The notes beneath the pieces are model-generated. The model did not search any database. It was not told the origin of the DNA and saw only the letters and a list, made by a program, of their open reading frames with translations. The position numbers and the translations under genes were made by a program. Below are positions 1-13,851 of a stretch of 64,000 nucleotides of DNA, one piece after another (the first letter of the stretch is position 1; each line of letters starts with the position of its first letter). The DNA is from an uncultured virus (IMG/VR IMGVR_UViG_2061766007_000786) (Duplodnaviria; Heunggongvirae; Uroviricota; Caudoviricetes): IMG/VR virus record IMGVR_UViG_2061766007_000786. One strand, written 5' to 3'.

Positions 1-1561
1 GTTATGATGACCCTAGTATTAATAGTTATTTTCATATTGATATTGGCGATGTTGAGTTAGTCTATACAGGTGTTGAAAATTTAGTAGTATTACAAGATGC
101 TTGGCAAAAAGAAAGGAAAAAGCATGAATAAACACTTAGTAGCAAAATGGTTTTTAGCATCAAAAGAAGCTCCTGAACTTGGAGTTAATAGATGTCTGGA
201 ATATATTAGGGATAAGAATATCCAAAAAGAGGATATTCAGCAAATTGCCCATAGTAATCTTAATGTAATTCTTTATTTTTGGGAAGAATTAAAATGAATA
301 TGGATAAGAATGGTTTAGATACAACAGTCAAGTATGAATTACCTGTGCAAACAGAAATTCCATCTGTTATTAGCGTTCCTCGNNNNNNNNNNAGATTATA
401 CAAAGGCGGACTTGATGAAGTTGCCATGGAATTTGATAATCCGGAAGAATTAAAGAATAATCCAGAAATTAAAAGGCGATTATTCGATAAAGACGGAAAC
501 TTAATGCAGTTGACTACATTAAATGCTGAACCTAAATATGAAAGTTATTTCGAACATTATTCGATAACAATCAGTAATTCAGATGGTCATTGGGTTGAAG
601 GCCAATTACAATCGAAAGATTTAAATGAAGTCTTGGAAGGTTGTAAAAAATTAAACGTTATTTTTCTTAAAAATAAAATCCAGAGGTAAAAAATGGCAGA
701 ATTAAATCATGTAATCGAAATTGAAGTCGGCGACTGGTCCAAAGACGGCCATAACCAAAGTGATACTTTTTTGTTTAAATCGAATTATTCCGGTGAAGAA
801 ATCGACAAAGGTTTCGAACGTTTGAAAAAAGAAAAAAAGATTGATTTTCAAGATATTTGCTGTGACTATGAAGACAGTGAAATTAAAAATGGTGTTTTAA
901 CTAAACTTATTAAATTAGGCGTTCTTTCACAGGACGATGTTGATTATGCTAAAGAATATTATGACGGTTGTTATTGTGTAGACAGTGCTTTGGACTTGGC
1001 TGCGCTCGCACTTGACACTCTTCATGCTTTTGACCCGGCATTTGAATGGGAAGAATATATTATTCCGAATAAAGAAGATTGTAATGCTTTGAATGGCATC
1101 GGATATGGTTGTTATTCCTAATCGGAGATAAATATATGACTGCTGAAGAAGCTAGAAAACGTAGATATTCAAAAGAAGATGAAAAAGTAGGACACAAGAA
1201 TACTTTTAATCTTCTTGTTTCTGATTATCTTTATCAGATTGACAGCAAGATTGATCATGTAGCAACTTATACTGATAGCTTAATTTTTCCGCTATATGAA
1301 TTATGTAATCGTCAAGACATCGTAAATGAAATTGTAAAGCAACTAACGAAAGACGGATATATTATTAGCGTGCAGACTAAGTATTATTTTGACATTAAGT
1401 CTTACGTTTTTGAATTATANNNNNNNNNNGCAATCGTCAAGATATTGTAAATGAGATTGTAAAGCAATTAAAGAAAGACGGATATATTGTTAGCTCACAG
1501 ACTAAGTATTATTTTGACATTAAGTCTTACGTTTTTGAATTATACATTTCTTGGAATAACA

Positions 1562-2285
1562 ATGGCTAATATATTAGATGAATTAATTAGAGTCGGCGCA
1601 TTTAAGTCGAAAGGCGAAGCAAGGAATATGATTAAGAATGGTGGTGTTTCTATCATTCCTTGTGTTAACGAAGATTACGAAGTTCCTTGTTTTGAAATTA
1701 CAATCCTTAATGACGATTGGGAAAATATGGATATCAAAGCAGAAAAATATATTGATGTCCCATATACGACTGAAAAGCAGTTATATTATGATGGTTATGT
1801 TTTNNNNNNNNNNNNNNNNNCGATATAGGTCTTGATTATACCATTAAACCTGGCGATGTTGTCAGAGTTGGTAAGAAAAGTATAGTGGTAGAATAATGGA
1901 TAATGGTGTAGAAATAATAAAGCCTGCAACGACATTGAAATATGAATGTGATCATTGTGGCTGTGTATTCAGAATAAAGCAATATCTTTGCGATTGGACA
2001 GAATTATATCCTAAAATTTTNNNNNNNNNNAAAAATTCCGGCAAAAATGTGGGATGTTCGAGATATCAACTTAAATTTACTATCTTTTAGAGAACAACTC
2101 ATGTATAGTCCAAAAATAGGCTTTCATAGGTTGATTATTCCTAATCCGAAAGCATATCCTGTAGCTTGGCAGAATGGAACTATGTGTATTATTACTTGGG
2201 ATTTGGATTATGGTAAGAATCCTTGGCTTATTACTGATATAGGTCTTGATTATACCATTAAACCTGGCGATGTTGTCAGAGTTGG
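1562..2285 (+). CDS. S4-like RNA-binding protein with large insertion (fragmented by gaps; paralog of 26989-27540)
   Basis: N-term ILDELIRVGAFKSKGEARNMIKNGGVSI (1562-1803); C-term IKPGDVVRVGKKSIVV (1821-1896); middle part at 2031-2285. Confidence 0.65.
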
Positions 2286-4444
2286 NNNNNNNNNNTTACG
2301 ACGCATTTCGAGGCTTGTGCAGATTAAGAATTAATTATGCTGAAAAAGTAATTGATGCAGCCATTGCCGATTGTAATGCATATTGGACTGAAGAAAAAGC
2401 AGAAGAGTTAGAAAAGACTGAAATGTTTTGGACTAAAGTTAAAGATTATTGGAAAGGCAAATTAGAACTTTCTTATAAATGGGAAAAGGATTATTTTGGG
2501 AAATAAGAAATATTAGATGAGGAATAAATGAAGCAGTATTTTATTGTTGATAAAGAAACAAAGCATATGGTCGGAAATAGCGTCTATGGAAGTGCTAAAA
2601 TTGCTGACATGGATATTGAAAAACTGGAAGGCGGATTTAAAAAATATGAAGTTTATGCTTTTGACATGACTAATCTTACCAAAGACCTTATTTCTTATGC
2701 AATGTTAAACAATAATCCATGTGTTTATAAGCAGAGGACTAGATAATGGATAGACATTATAGTTATGAAGAAGTAAAAGGTTTAAAGCGCCTACATGAAG
2801 ACGATATTGAAGCCGGTGAAAAGTATTGTATTCCACTCCCTAGATGGTATGGCGGAGATTGGAATGAACAACAATTTGATATTTTAGTAGCTGATAAGCC
2901 TATTAAGAAAAGCGGTGTCAGATTTGGCCCTTATTTTAAAATTTATACGACAGAACAATGATAAATTATAAATTTACAGAATATGATAATCGCAAGCTTA
3001 ATCCTGGCGGTATAGTCAATCTTTTATATAAGATTTATCCCAGCGGAACTAAATGGCCAGTAGGCTATTATAGGACTAGATGTGAAGCAGAAATAGAAAT
3101 TAACTATCTTAATTCTGCGGAAAAAGAAAATTATCCGATAAGCTATGAGGTCGAGCAAGTTTCTGACTATAAGCTTGATGCGCATATTCACGATAGGGCA
3201 AAAGAAAAACGAGACGAGTTCGAACGATATAGGCAACATCATCTCGCTGAAGAAAAACGTCAACGTGAACAAGAAAAATCCTATATGAAATGGCGTAATG
3301 AAGTCTTGAAACCATGGCTGGAAAAGAATCCGGGAAAGACAGAACATGATATGCCATTATGTATGAGATTATTCCCGAGCCTATTTTAAATTATGGAAGA
3401 AGATAAGAGTTTTAATGCAAGAATAGAATTCCACAATGGCGATGTTTACCATTGTATTGCTTCATCTACACCGGATAAAGAAGACTGGGAAAAATTTACT
3501 AGTATTCCATGGAATCCTGATTGTGGCGTCGCTTCTATTTTTACATATCATCCTGAAAATTTAGATTCTGGTAGTTCTTTTAGCGATTTTAAAAAGAGAA
3601 CACTCATTAAGAATAGAAATGTGTTTGTCGCTAACGGTAAGGCAAGAGGCGCCATGACCGAACTTATCAATAAACTGACAGAAGCATACGGTAAAGAGCC
3701 TTTATGGGTAACTGAATATTAATAGGTAAAACAATGACTAACGAAGAATTTATAAAAGAACGCGACGCGTATGCCCATGCGAAATATGATATTGTCGAAG
3801 AATTCGAATTAAAGCTGTTCGACTGCTTTAACGATTTGGCACCTTTGCCAGGTAAGAACGAATATCAATTTTTTGACTATTTCTCGTATGATAACGAATA
3901 TGACGCTTGTACAGAAATATTGCCAGATAATACCCGTTATAGAATCACATTGCCTGGATGTGTCGTAGAAGCATGGTTCGAAGGTAAAACCGACGATGCC
4001 AAAAAAATGCTAGCAAAAATTCAGAAAACAACAGAAAGATATAAGTTAACAAAGGATTAGTATTATGGAATGGATTAAAGCGGAAAACGAAAAACCGGAA
4101 ACAAACCACGCCGTCCTCGTAACTGTCAAGGGNNNNNNNNNNTGCAGACTGTAAGAAACAAGACGATATCAATCTTGGCGAACGTACGGCTAATTCTATC
4201 ATTAAGAAACTCGGCGGCGATGTGTTCTATGAAGAAACGGACTTGGAAGAACTGGCAGAGGCAAGAAAAGAACAAGAACGTGAAATTGACGCATTAATGA
4301 AAAGGATTGACAAAGGGAATCTTGAAATGTGCGATATGATGGCAGATTTGACTGGCGACGAATCATATCGAGGAAATCCAAGCAAGCTCGGCATGAATCC
4401 GATAGATTTTTATGAAGAACTGCGCAAATTGGGAGAATAAAAGT

Positions 4445-4966
4445 ATGCCTATGTCAGATTTAGAACATTTAACTAATACTCTTGAAAGCTTAGGTTTTTA
4501 TTATACAATTAAAACTCCGCAGCATCCAGTTCCGAAAGATGCGATTTGCAATTTATGTGTCGTTTTAAATACCGGTTTTACTGTTTATAAAGAGATACTG
4601 TTTTATTTCAAAAATGAAAAATTTGTAATTGGTTCTCCATCTCAGCCATGTAATCCTAAATTAATTTTTGACGACCTTACAGAGATGATTGAGGATTTGT
4701 TATTTGTATTAAATCCCGACCGTAAAGTTACACCAGGCAGTGTCTGGAAGCACTTTAAGGGCACGATAGCCAAAGTCATTACTCTTTGTAAGCATTCTGA
4801 AACCGGAGAAGAACTCGTTGTTTATGAATGTTCAGGAAATAATGGCAAGACTAATCATGAAGATGGTATCTATGCTAGGCCATTGGAAATGTTCCTTTCT
4901 GAAGTTGACCATGTGAAATATCCAGATGTAAGGCAGAAATATAGGCTCGTAAAAATCGAAGGCTAA
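4445..4966 (+). CDS. DUF1653-domain protein with N-terminal extension
   Basis: WKHFKG...HSETGEELVVYE...YARPLEMFLSEVDHVKYPDVRQKYR. Confidence 0.85.
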   Translation: MPMSDLEHLTNTLESLGFYYTIKTPQHPVPKDAICNLCVVLNTGFTVYKEILFYFKNEKFVIGSPSQPCNPKLIFDDLTEMIEDLLFVLNPDRKVTPGSVWKHFKGTIAKVITLCKHSETGEELVVYECSGNNGKTNHEDGIYARPLEMFLSEVDHVKYPDVRQKYRLVKIEG

Positions 4967-6106
4967 ATAATGAAAGTTACAGAAGAAGAACTTTTAAATA
5001 CTGCAAAGAATGCATGCAATCAGGGATTTCCATATTTTAAGCACGGATTTTCCAGTACGCGCCCGCATTCTATTGAACGAGATCTCGAAACGGCAGAACG
5101 AATTCGTAAAGTTTTGCCAGATTGCTTTAGCGAGGTGGAGTGCAATACATCTAATAATCTCAGTGGCAATTTTACGTTTACATGTAAAATTCCTAATGAA
5201 AATGTTCTGCATAAAAGTATTGAAGCTTATGTACATGTTAACCGATATGGCGTCGGAACATATTTTAGAGATATAGAATCAGCTGAAGAATTTTTTAAAC
5301 AATTCATGACTAATAATATAGCTGGACAAAAATCGAAAGAGTAATATATGGACAAAAAAGAAAATCTTATACCGTTTGAAAGATTGTATGACGCATGCCG
5401 GGCGATTTGCCCCGACAAGATTGATTTCCTGGTTGAATCGGCCATGGATATAACAGTAGACCCGAGATTTGACAACGATGACAGATATACTGTAATCTAC
5501 GACCTGTGCGTAATGACATTGTTNNNNNNNNNNGGTTACAAAATTGCTGAATGTCGGCGGGAAGCACGTTCTTGACAGACAGTATTTTAAGACTGAGCAA
5601 GAAGCAGTAGAAGCATTCGATAAGGCGTCACACAATTACGAAGTTAAAGGCGCTTATGTATATGATACTGAGATGCGCACTATTAAACGTTTTTCAAGGC
5701 CGTTGTAACTATGAACGAAATTGAAACATACTGTACCCTGGCTAAAACGTTGTTAGATACCGAAACGAAGATAAAAAATCTTATTGTAGAAATCGTTACA
5801 GAATGTATGCCTAAAGGTTATGAATTTTCCCATATATTAAAGCTCGATACTATAGATTTGACATATAGGGCTGTTTTTTGTGAAAAATATAATTCTGATA
5901 AGATAATTCACTGTGATTTCATCTATAAAGATAAGCAGGTAATAGTTCAGACCGCATGCGTGAATATGTTTAATACGTTTTATGTTTATCCGGATAAACC
6001 GTATGCTTTGAAAGACAGTAATGCTGATGAAATTTTTCCGTATGATAAAGCCAGGCTTAAGGAAACGTTTAAGGTTTTTGATTCGTTAAAACAGTAAGAG
6101 GATATT

Positions 6107-6394
6107 ATGTCACTAGAAAAAGATTATGATATGTATTTAAAAATTAGCGAATTGATTGAAGAGCTAGAAAAAGCTAAAAAGGAATATGGCGATATTCCGG
6201 TTGGTCATATCAAGAGTGGACTTGATGTATATTGGAGCCCTAGGAAAATCAAAGAATGGGGCTCAGAAAGAGCGTTCGATAAAGTCGTACGAGTAAGCAA
6301 TATTCGTTATTGGGAGAAAGAATCTCCTATGGTTGCAATTATAGATTATCCGACTTGGGGTTGGAGACCTCTTGGTAAGAAAGACGAGGATTAA
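6107..6394 (+). CDS. Small phage protein, ELIEELxxxxxxYGDIPV family
   Basis: KISELIEELEKAKKEYGDIPV, similar to the N-terminus of 20883-21083. Confidence 0.6.
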   Translation: MSLEKDYDMYLKISELIEELEKAKKEYGDIPVGHIKSGLDVYWSPRKIKEWGSERAFDKVVRVSNIRYWEKESPMVAIIDYPTWGWRPLGKKDED

Positions 6395-7603
6395 AAATGA
6401 GAGAATGTATAATGTGCAAAATCAAAGACGATGATAAATTTTATCATTTGGTTCCGAGTCCGTCTATTATTTTTACACAGTTTTGTACCCCGGAATTTCT
6501 TGATCATATGGCACATCTGAAAACATATTGCGATAATGAAGTAAGCGCATTGCCGCATGAATGGTGCGCTGCAGATTCCTGGGGAATTCATAATCCTTAT
6601 AAGGTTGATTTTACATGGGAACATTTAAAGCCATGCCCGATATGTCAGAAAAGGCGTGAAGAACAAGAACGTGCTGCATGGGGTTTCTAGTATATGGACA
6701 AGAAAAAATATTTATTTTTATATAGGACTGAATCAGGTAATGAATTTAATACCGTCTGTGAAGGTAAGACAAAAGAAGAAGCTATGACNNNNNNNNNNGG
6801 GTTGATTTTACATGGGAACATTTAAAGCCATGCCCGATATGTCAGAAGAGACATGAAGAACAAGAACGTGCTGCATGGGGTTTCTAGTATATGGACAAGA
6901 AAANNNNNNNNNNAGACTTTCAGAAATGGTTTGGAATTGGCAAGATTATATTAAATATCATAGATTTATCGTAGGAGCATATAATGAGTGAAAATGTTGA
7001 AGTAACAAAAGAAAATTTTGATTTAGAAAAATTTGGTAACAACGNNNNNNNNNNNNNNNNNNNNNNNNNNNNNNNNNNNNNNNAGCATATAATGAGCGAA
7101 AATGTTGAAGTAACAAAAGAAAACTTTGATACCGAAAAGTTCGGTAATAGTATTATTACCTGGGGTGCACTTACTGAATTTGCGCAAAGTCAAGAAAAAA
7201 ACCACATTGTATATTTCAGGCTTCCGGGTCCTATTACCCAGTGTGACCGTGAATTCAATACGATGTTCTTNNNNNNNNNNNNNNNNNNNNNNNNNNNNNN
7301 NNNNNNNNNNNNNNNNNNNNNNNNNNNNNNNNNNNNNNNNNTCAACCGAGTTTCTCTATTCCAGGCGATGTCATGCGCCAATTTGTTAAACAAGATAAAA
7401 ATGTCGATAACATTGTAAGGTAAAATAATTANNNNNNNNNNGAAAGATTAATATTATGAAATGGATTAAAGCAGAAAACGAAAAACCGGAAACAAACCAC
7501 GCCGTCCTCGTAACTGTCAAGGGNNNNNNNNNNGGACTTTCAGAAATGGTTTGGAATTGGCACGATTATATTGAATATTATAGATTTATCGTAGGAGCAT
7601 ATA

Positions 7604-7921
7604 ATGAGTGAAACTGTTGAAGTAACAAAAGAAAATTTTGATTTAGAAAAATTTGGTAACAACGTTCTTACCTGGGGCGAGTTTGTCAAGTTTGCGCAAA
7701 GTAGAGACAAAGACCAAATCGTATATCTTAGACTTCCGGGTCCTATTACCCAGTGTGACCGTGAATTCAATACGATGTTCTTGGTTAAACTGCCTGACGG
7801 TAATATCGCTTCTGCTTTAATCAAGATGGAAGACTGCGGCAAGCCGAGTTTTTCTATTTCTGGTGACATTATACGCCAGTTTGTTAAACAAGATAAAAAT
7901 GTCGATAACATTGTAAGGTAA
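7604..7921 (+). CDS. Hypothetical protein, several partial variant copies at 6984-7420 and 8355-8500
   Basis: Intact ORF with AGGAG RBS; shared PGPITQCDREFNTMF...ECGKPSFSISGD. Confidence 0.75.
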   Translation: MSETVEVTKENFDLEKFGNNVLTWGEFVKFAQSRDKDQIVYLRLPGPITQCDREFNTMFLVKLPDGNIASALIKMEDCGKPSFSISGDIIRQFVKQDKNVDNIVR

Positions 7922-8577
7922 AATAATTATGACTAAAGAAGAAGCAGAAATTTCACGCAACAGGGCAAATGAAATCGAAAAGTGGCTTAAAGAAGAATAT
8001 CCGAATATTCATGTAGAACACCTACGCGATTGTGGCACAAAACTATTCTATTTTAAAGATCCGACTAGCGAATATAGATGTATCGGCATGATTCAGATTC
8101 CGATTAGCGTAATACATGAAGAAATTAACCCGCAGAACGGCCATATACGTTGCACATTCGCATATAAGAAAGTAATTTTTAATGCCATCGATGTAGAATA
8201 TGACATGGAAATCTTCTGGAAAATTTTTGAGCATAATAAACAGATTATTAAAGATTATATCGAAAAGTCTTTAAAAGAACAGCTTGCCGGTATCATTAAA
8301 CCACAGCACCCGGCATATACGTTCAATGATGCCATAAATGACTTNNNNNNNNNNTGGTTCCATCCACCAGTGTGACCGGGATTATGATACGATGTTTTTG
8401 ATTAAGATGCCTGATGGCAATCTTGCAGCTGGTTTAATCAAGATGGAAGAATGCGGCAAGCCGAGTTTTTCTATTTCTGGTGACATTATACGCCAGTTTG
8501 TNNNNNNNNNNGACAAAAGAAATGCAAGATGAAATTGATAAAGAAATAATCCTGGATATAATTAAAAAATTAAAAAA

Positions 8578-8739
8578 ATGACAGTAGCGCAGCTCATTGA
8601 AAAACTTAAAGAAATGCCACAAGATATGGAAGTTTGGGACTGGAATTATTACCCGGTCGAAGACCCAATTATAAAAACCCTAGAATTATGGGCTACTGGT
8701 CCAAATGTTGAAGAAAAAACGGTGGTATTTTTTCCATAA
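8578..8739 (+). CDS. Small phage protein (MTVAQLIEKLKEMPQDMEV family), not in ORF track
   Basis: 53-aa ORF; N-terminus similar to 11877 and 9618. Confidence 0.7.
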   Translation: MTVAQLIEKLKEMPQDMEVWDWNYYPVEDPIIKTLELWATGPNVEEKTVVFFP

Positions 8740-9617
8740 GGAATTTGTATGAACAAAAATCATTTTTATGCAAAATACAAAGATACAGATACAGTCGATA
8801 AAGCCGATGTAATAGCGTTGATAAATCTGTATGAAAACAAGATTAAGTGTCTTAAGTTTCTGTTAAACGATAGCATCGAAAAATCAAACAAACGATATTG
8901 GAAATGCAAGTGGAATGCAGAATGTGTGAAGCATTACGCTAAGCAAATCATCAGGATTTATAAGAAACAGCTAGAAGAAATTCCACAAAAGACTTTTGAC
9001 AGTTTGGATGAATACTTTAAAGAAATTGGCTATGAAGAGTCTTTGAATAACTTCGAAGAATATATAGATTCGCATTAAACTGTGGTATTTTTCGTAGGAG
9101 AAAAATTATGAAGTCAACTATTGATTCTGATTTTGGTTTGGCACTTAATCCCGGTTCTGCCTATAGACCTCGTAGAATATTGTCGACAAGCGCAGATTTG
9201 TATGAAAATGTTCAAGTGCATATTCCAACTAAGGAAGAACTTAAAGAACATGAAAAAAGAATGATTGAATTAATTAAAAAGTATTATTACTAGTCAGAGG
9301 AATGGGAATAATGGATAAATTATATCTTGTCAAACATACTGATATTGCATTAAAATCTTTTCAACGTGGTTTTACAAATGATTCCGATGTTGTTGAAAAT
9401 CATACAAATCTTAGAATATTCAAAAAACGTGAAAAGGCTGAAAAATATATTATTGACTGGTATAATAAATGGCCAAAATTTGGTACAGTAGTAAATGGCG
9501 GTGCTAGAATTAACGGTAAAAAAGAATTTGATGGTAATTCTGCAAAAGTTGAATATTGTTTATTTGGTCCAAAACCTACACAAGTAACAGAAATTTATAC
9601 ATTGGAAGAAATCGATT

Positions 9618-9767
9618 ATGACGAATAAAGAACTACGCAAAAAGCTTGAAAAGCTTCCGGACGATACGGAAGTATGGAGCAAGATTGCAGACATGTCTAT
9701 CGATGAAGTCTATGAGCAAAACCACTACGATTGTGGTGAGTGGAAATCTGTTATAATGCTGGAGTAA
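9618..9767 (+). CDS. Small phage protein (MTNKELRKKLEKLPDDTEV), not in ORF track
   Basis: 49-aa ORF; variant copy near 10653-10802. Confidence 0.65.
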   Translation: MTNKELRKKLEKLPDDTEVWSKIADMSIDEVYEQNHYDCGEWKSVIMLE

Positions 9768-9769
9768 AT

Positions 9770-10177
9770 ATGAAATACGAATTTGATGAACTTATAATGC
9801 AGATTAAGCCGGATGAGCATTTTATTGAAGAATATCTTACTCTGAAATTCGGCAGCAAGTCACAGTATAATTATTTTTTTAACTGGCGTATAGTAGACCC
9901 GGAAAGTAATTATTTTAAGACTATGTACGGCGAAGCTTTTTCTAAGAAATATGCAGGTAATATTTACGTCAGATTGGAACGCGGACCGTATACATATAAT
10001 TCAGTCGCTAAAGATACTGTAGAATTGGTATTTACAAATGACTACCGTATGAAAAAACTTTATCAATACGGTGAAATCGGTAAGGTCGAATGGTTCTACG
10101 ATGAAACGCTTACGCCGGAAGAAAAACAGGAATATGCGACTGGCGAAAAACCTTTAGAATGGGAATGGGAAGAATGA
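9770..10177 (+). CDS. Hypothetical protein
   Basis: ATG after GGAG; partial variant copy at 10805-10959. Confidence 0.75.
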   Translation: MKYEFDELIMQIKPDEHFIEEYLTLKFGSKSQYNYFFNWRIVDPESNYFKTMYGEAFSKKYAGNIYVRLERGPYTYNSVAKDTVELVFTNDYRMKKLYQYGEIGKVEWFYDETLTPEEKQEYATGEKPLEWEWEE

Positions 10178-11064
10178 CAGAAGAAGAAATGAAAAAGTAT
10201 TCGTATGAAGAACTTTTAAACATGTATTTGCAATTAAAAGAAGAAATGGAAAAAAGAGGACTATACGAGAAATATTTAGAAGAAAAAGGTGCCGGCGCAA
10301 TAGAATTAGATAAAGTAGTAAAAAAGTCTTTCGAAGATCTTTATATACCAATGACAGAGGTCAATAATTAAAAGAAGGTTAAAATGAAACCAGAAGAATT
10401 TAGAGAAATTTTAGAGATAGTAAAAAATAAGTATCTTGAGGAGTAAGCTATGTCTAAAGAAGTACTCGATAAAATCAACGCGACGTTGAATAAGATTGCT
10501 GAAATGAACGTAAATTATGCGGTAACGTTCGATGAACTATATGCCAGTCATGAAAAAGTAATGAATATCATGTTGAATGGATATACGTTTACCGCATATT
10601 ATGAAACAAAGAACTTTAGCTGTCAATANNNNNNNNNNAGAAGAAATCGATTATGATGAATAAAGAACTACGCGAAAAGCTTGAAAAACTTCCGGACAAT
10701 ACGGAAGTATGGAGCAAGATTGCAGACATGCCTATCGATGAAATCTATAAACAAAACCACTACAATTGCGGTGAGTGGAAATCTGTTATAATGCTGGAGT
10801 AAGTATGAAATACGAAATTGATGAACTTATAATGCAGATTAAGCCGGATGAGCATTTTATTAACGAATATCTTACTTTGAAATTCGGCAGCAAGTCGCAG
10901 TATAATTACTTTTTTAACTGGCGTATAGTAGACCCGGAAAGTAATTATTTTAAGACTATNNNNNNNNNNTCCACTGGTTAAAGGCGTTGCGCCCGTCGTA
11001 TTCTGGGAAAAAGAAAATTTCGATTGCTTCTGCGATTCAATGATAAACATAGCGAAGGTTTAAT

Positions 11065-11217
11065 ATGACATTAGATGAAGCTATCCAACATTGTGAAGAA
11101 AAGGCGCTCTGTGGCGATGCATGCGGTTTAGAACATAAACAGCTAGCCGAGTGGTTAAAAGAGCTTAAAGGCTATCGTATGCGCGAAGAAACAAAGAATT
11201 ATAAGATTTTCTACTAA
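11065..11217 (+). CDS. Small conserved phage protein (MTLDEAIQHC...EHKQLAEWLKEL), not in ORF track
   Basis: 50-aa ORF with a motif I recognise from phage small proteins. Confidence 0.7.
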   Translation: MTLDEAIQHCEEKALCGDACGLEHKQLAEWLKELKGYRMREETKNYKIFY

Positions 11218-11876
11218 AGAAAACGTAAAGAAGCATGTTTAAATATGATTATAGAAGAATATAGATTTACTTGGAAAACTTTTGAAGAAGAAATACCAGA
11301 GGCACATAAAATTTTTCTAGTTCGTTCTTCTAAAGAAACTATAAAAGATGCACAATGGGCATTTATTTCTGATAAAAGCAAAATGATATATGCACATGAT
11401 TTAAAATGGCATCATTATATTTCAAAATGTAAGAAATGGCTTTGGTGTTATGATACAAGGATAGAACTTATTATTTAGAAGGAAAATTATGACAAATGAA
11501 GAAAAACTTAAAAATCTAAAAAATAATTATAAAGCAATGAATTCTTTATTGGAAGGAACTCAATTTAAATTGATTCATTTCAGCAAAGGAACTCAAATAT
11601 TAAATTCTTCATCAAATCCACATGCATTTGTTATTTTTGATGAAAATTTAAAATCTGTTATTCCAGGACTTATGGTATTTTTAACATTTGGACCTAGCAA
11701 AATATCTACATTAACATGCTGGAAACATGGTATTGAAAATTCTGATGAACGCGATAAATTTGAATGCATTGACAAAACAACTCATGATGCAATGTTAGAA
11801 TACATTAAATCAAAATCTCAAAAAACAAAAAGCTATTATAAGTCTATAGGTATTTTATTACCAGAGGTTGCATAAA

Positions 11877-12092
11877 ATGACTGTTAAAGAATTAAAAGAA
11901 CGAATTAAAGATTTGCCAGATGATATGGAAGTTGTAATAAACGAACCAGAATATGTATCTGATGATCCATATTGTGGAGTTGAACTGAGGAGTGTAGATG
12001 CGACACCGATAAAAGATGAGAATGTATTTATACAGCATACTACATGGCATGGTAAAGAAACAGACCTTCTTACGTTTGGTTTTTATAAATAA
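11877..12092 (+). CDS. Small phage protein (MTVKELKERIKDLPDDMEV family)
   Basis: GAGG RBS; family motif. Confidence 0.7.
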   Translation: MTVKELKERIKDLPDDMEVVINEPEYVSDDPYCGVELRSVDATPIKDENVFIQHTTWHGKETDLLTFGFYK

Positions 12093-13424
12093 GGAAAATT
12101 ATGACAGTAAAAGAATTACATAAAAAATTAAGCAAATATGTTGACAAGGGATTTGGCGATGTNNNNNNNNNNGGAAATGAACGTAAATTATGCGGTAACG
12201 TTTGATGAATTATATGCCAGTCATGAAAAGGTAATGAATATCATGTTGAACGGATATACGTTTACCGCATATTATGAAACAAAGAACTTTAGCTGTCAAT
12301 ANNNNNNNNNNCGAATTAAAAACATCTGACCAAGGCGGAAATGACGGTGAAGTCTTAGGCGTTTATGACTATGATAATCCAAATGAAGATTATGGTAAAG
12401 TTATAGAAATCGAGGTTGCATAGTATGAAAACNNNNNNNNNNTGAATTAAAAACATCTGACCAAGGCGGAAATGATGGCGAAGTCTTAGGTGTTTATGAC
12501 TATGATAATCCTGATGAAGATTATGGTAAAGTTATAGAAATCGAGGTTGCATAGTATGAAAACTTATGTAATGCCAGTTGAATATAAGTATACACCAAAT
12601 TTATGCCTATGGCGGTAAAGAAATAAAAAGAATATCAAAACCGCAATAACAAATATTTAGAAAAATTTACAAACTTAACCAAATTGGTTAAGTTTTTCTA
12701 TATTTAATATATAAAATGCAATGTAGATAAAAATGACACTAGTTATAATTATAAATGTTAAAACATAAATAGAGCACGATTATGAACATAAATCTATCAA
12801 AAGAAGAGCTTATTGACCTGATTAGGGCTGTACCTATTCGTTATGAAAGATATAAAAATGAACTTAGTGCATTGATCGAATGGGATTTTGATATGAATGG
12901 CCCTACAAGGCATTATTGGCGTACTAATATGCTACGTGAAAAGTCCGAAGAAGAACTTTATGAGTTTTATAAGAAACTGCGTAATGGCGATTTCTATGAC
13001 CCGATTCAAGAAGTTGCTGAATACAAAAAAGTAACATTGCCGGGTATCAGAAGACAGTTTCCTAAACTTTAAATATGAATAAAGACTTAGACGAAAAATT
13101 AAAACAATTTCAATGTACTCATTGTGGAAATTGCTCTAAAGGTTTGCCTTGTCCACAAGACGATAAATTATTTAAATTTTGGAAAGAATACTACGAATCT
13201 AAAGGCATAACGAGATGAATATCTTAATAATAAATGGTCCAAATCTGAATTTTTTAGGTATCAGAGAACCAGAAATCTATGGTTCTATGACGTATGGCGA
13301 TTTATGCGACGAAATACGGAGTTATGCATTTGAAAATTTTATTAATACTAAGTTTCTTCAAACAAACCATGAAGGTGTAATTATAGATGAATTACAACAA
13401 GCCTANNNNNNNNNNTATAACGAG

Positions 13425-13851
13425 ATGAATATCTTAATAATAAATGGACCCAATCTGAATTTCTTAGGTATCAGAGAACCAGAAATCTATGGTTCTATGA
13501 CGTATGGCGATTTATGCGATGAAATACGGCGTTATGCTTTTGAAAATTATATTAATACTAAGTTCCTTCAAACAAACCATGAAGGTGTAATTATAGATGA
13601 ATTACAACAAGCCTATAGTATTAAATATGACGGTATTATTATAAATCCTGGTGCATTTGCCCATTATAGCTATGCAATTCGTGATGCCTTAAAATCTGTT
13701 AATAATATCATAAAGGTTGAAGTCCATTTATCAGATATTACTTCTCGTGAAGAATTCCGAAAAATTTCAGTAACCGCTCCAGCATGCGATAAAATGATTT
13801 GTGGTAAAGGAGTTCAAGGTTATCTTGAGGCAATAGATTTTATAAAGGAAA
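13425..13851 (+). CDS. aroQ: Type II 3-dehydroquinate dehydratase (3' end in gap; partial copies at 13215-13405 and 20321-20521)
   Basis: INGPNLNFLGIREPEIYG, QTNHEG, IINPGAFAHYSYAIRDAL, VEVHLSDITSREEFR. Confidence 0.95.

Larger units (their letters stand above)
97..13072 (+). other. Array of about 35 short hypothetical phage ORFs, several broken or duplicated at gaps
   Basis: Abutting/overlapping + strand ORFs with AGGA/GAGG-like RBSs (e.g. 693-1121, 2958-3389, 3393-3722, 3734-4060, 4970-5344, 5711-6097, 9302-9628, 11489-11875, 12782-13072). Confidence 0.8.

Noticed and set aside
11065..11217. MTLDEAIQHC start resembling the 18-aa leader
   Set aside because: Lacks L10, Y15 and E18 and has no late promoter; different small-protein family
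12666..12704. Hairpin AAACTTAACC/GGTTAAGTTT followed by TATATT as a consensus promoter
   Set aside because: No good -35 at 17-bp spacing; probably a terminator, promoter role unsupported
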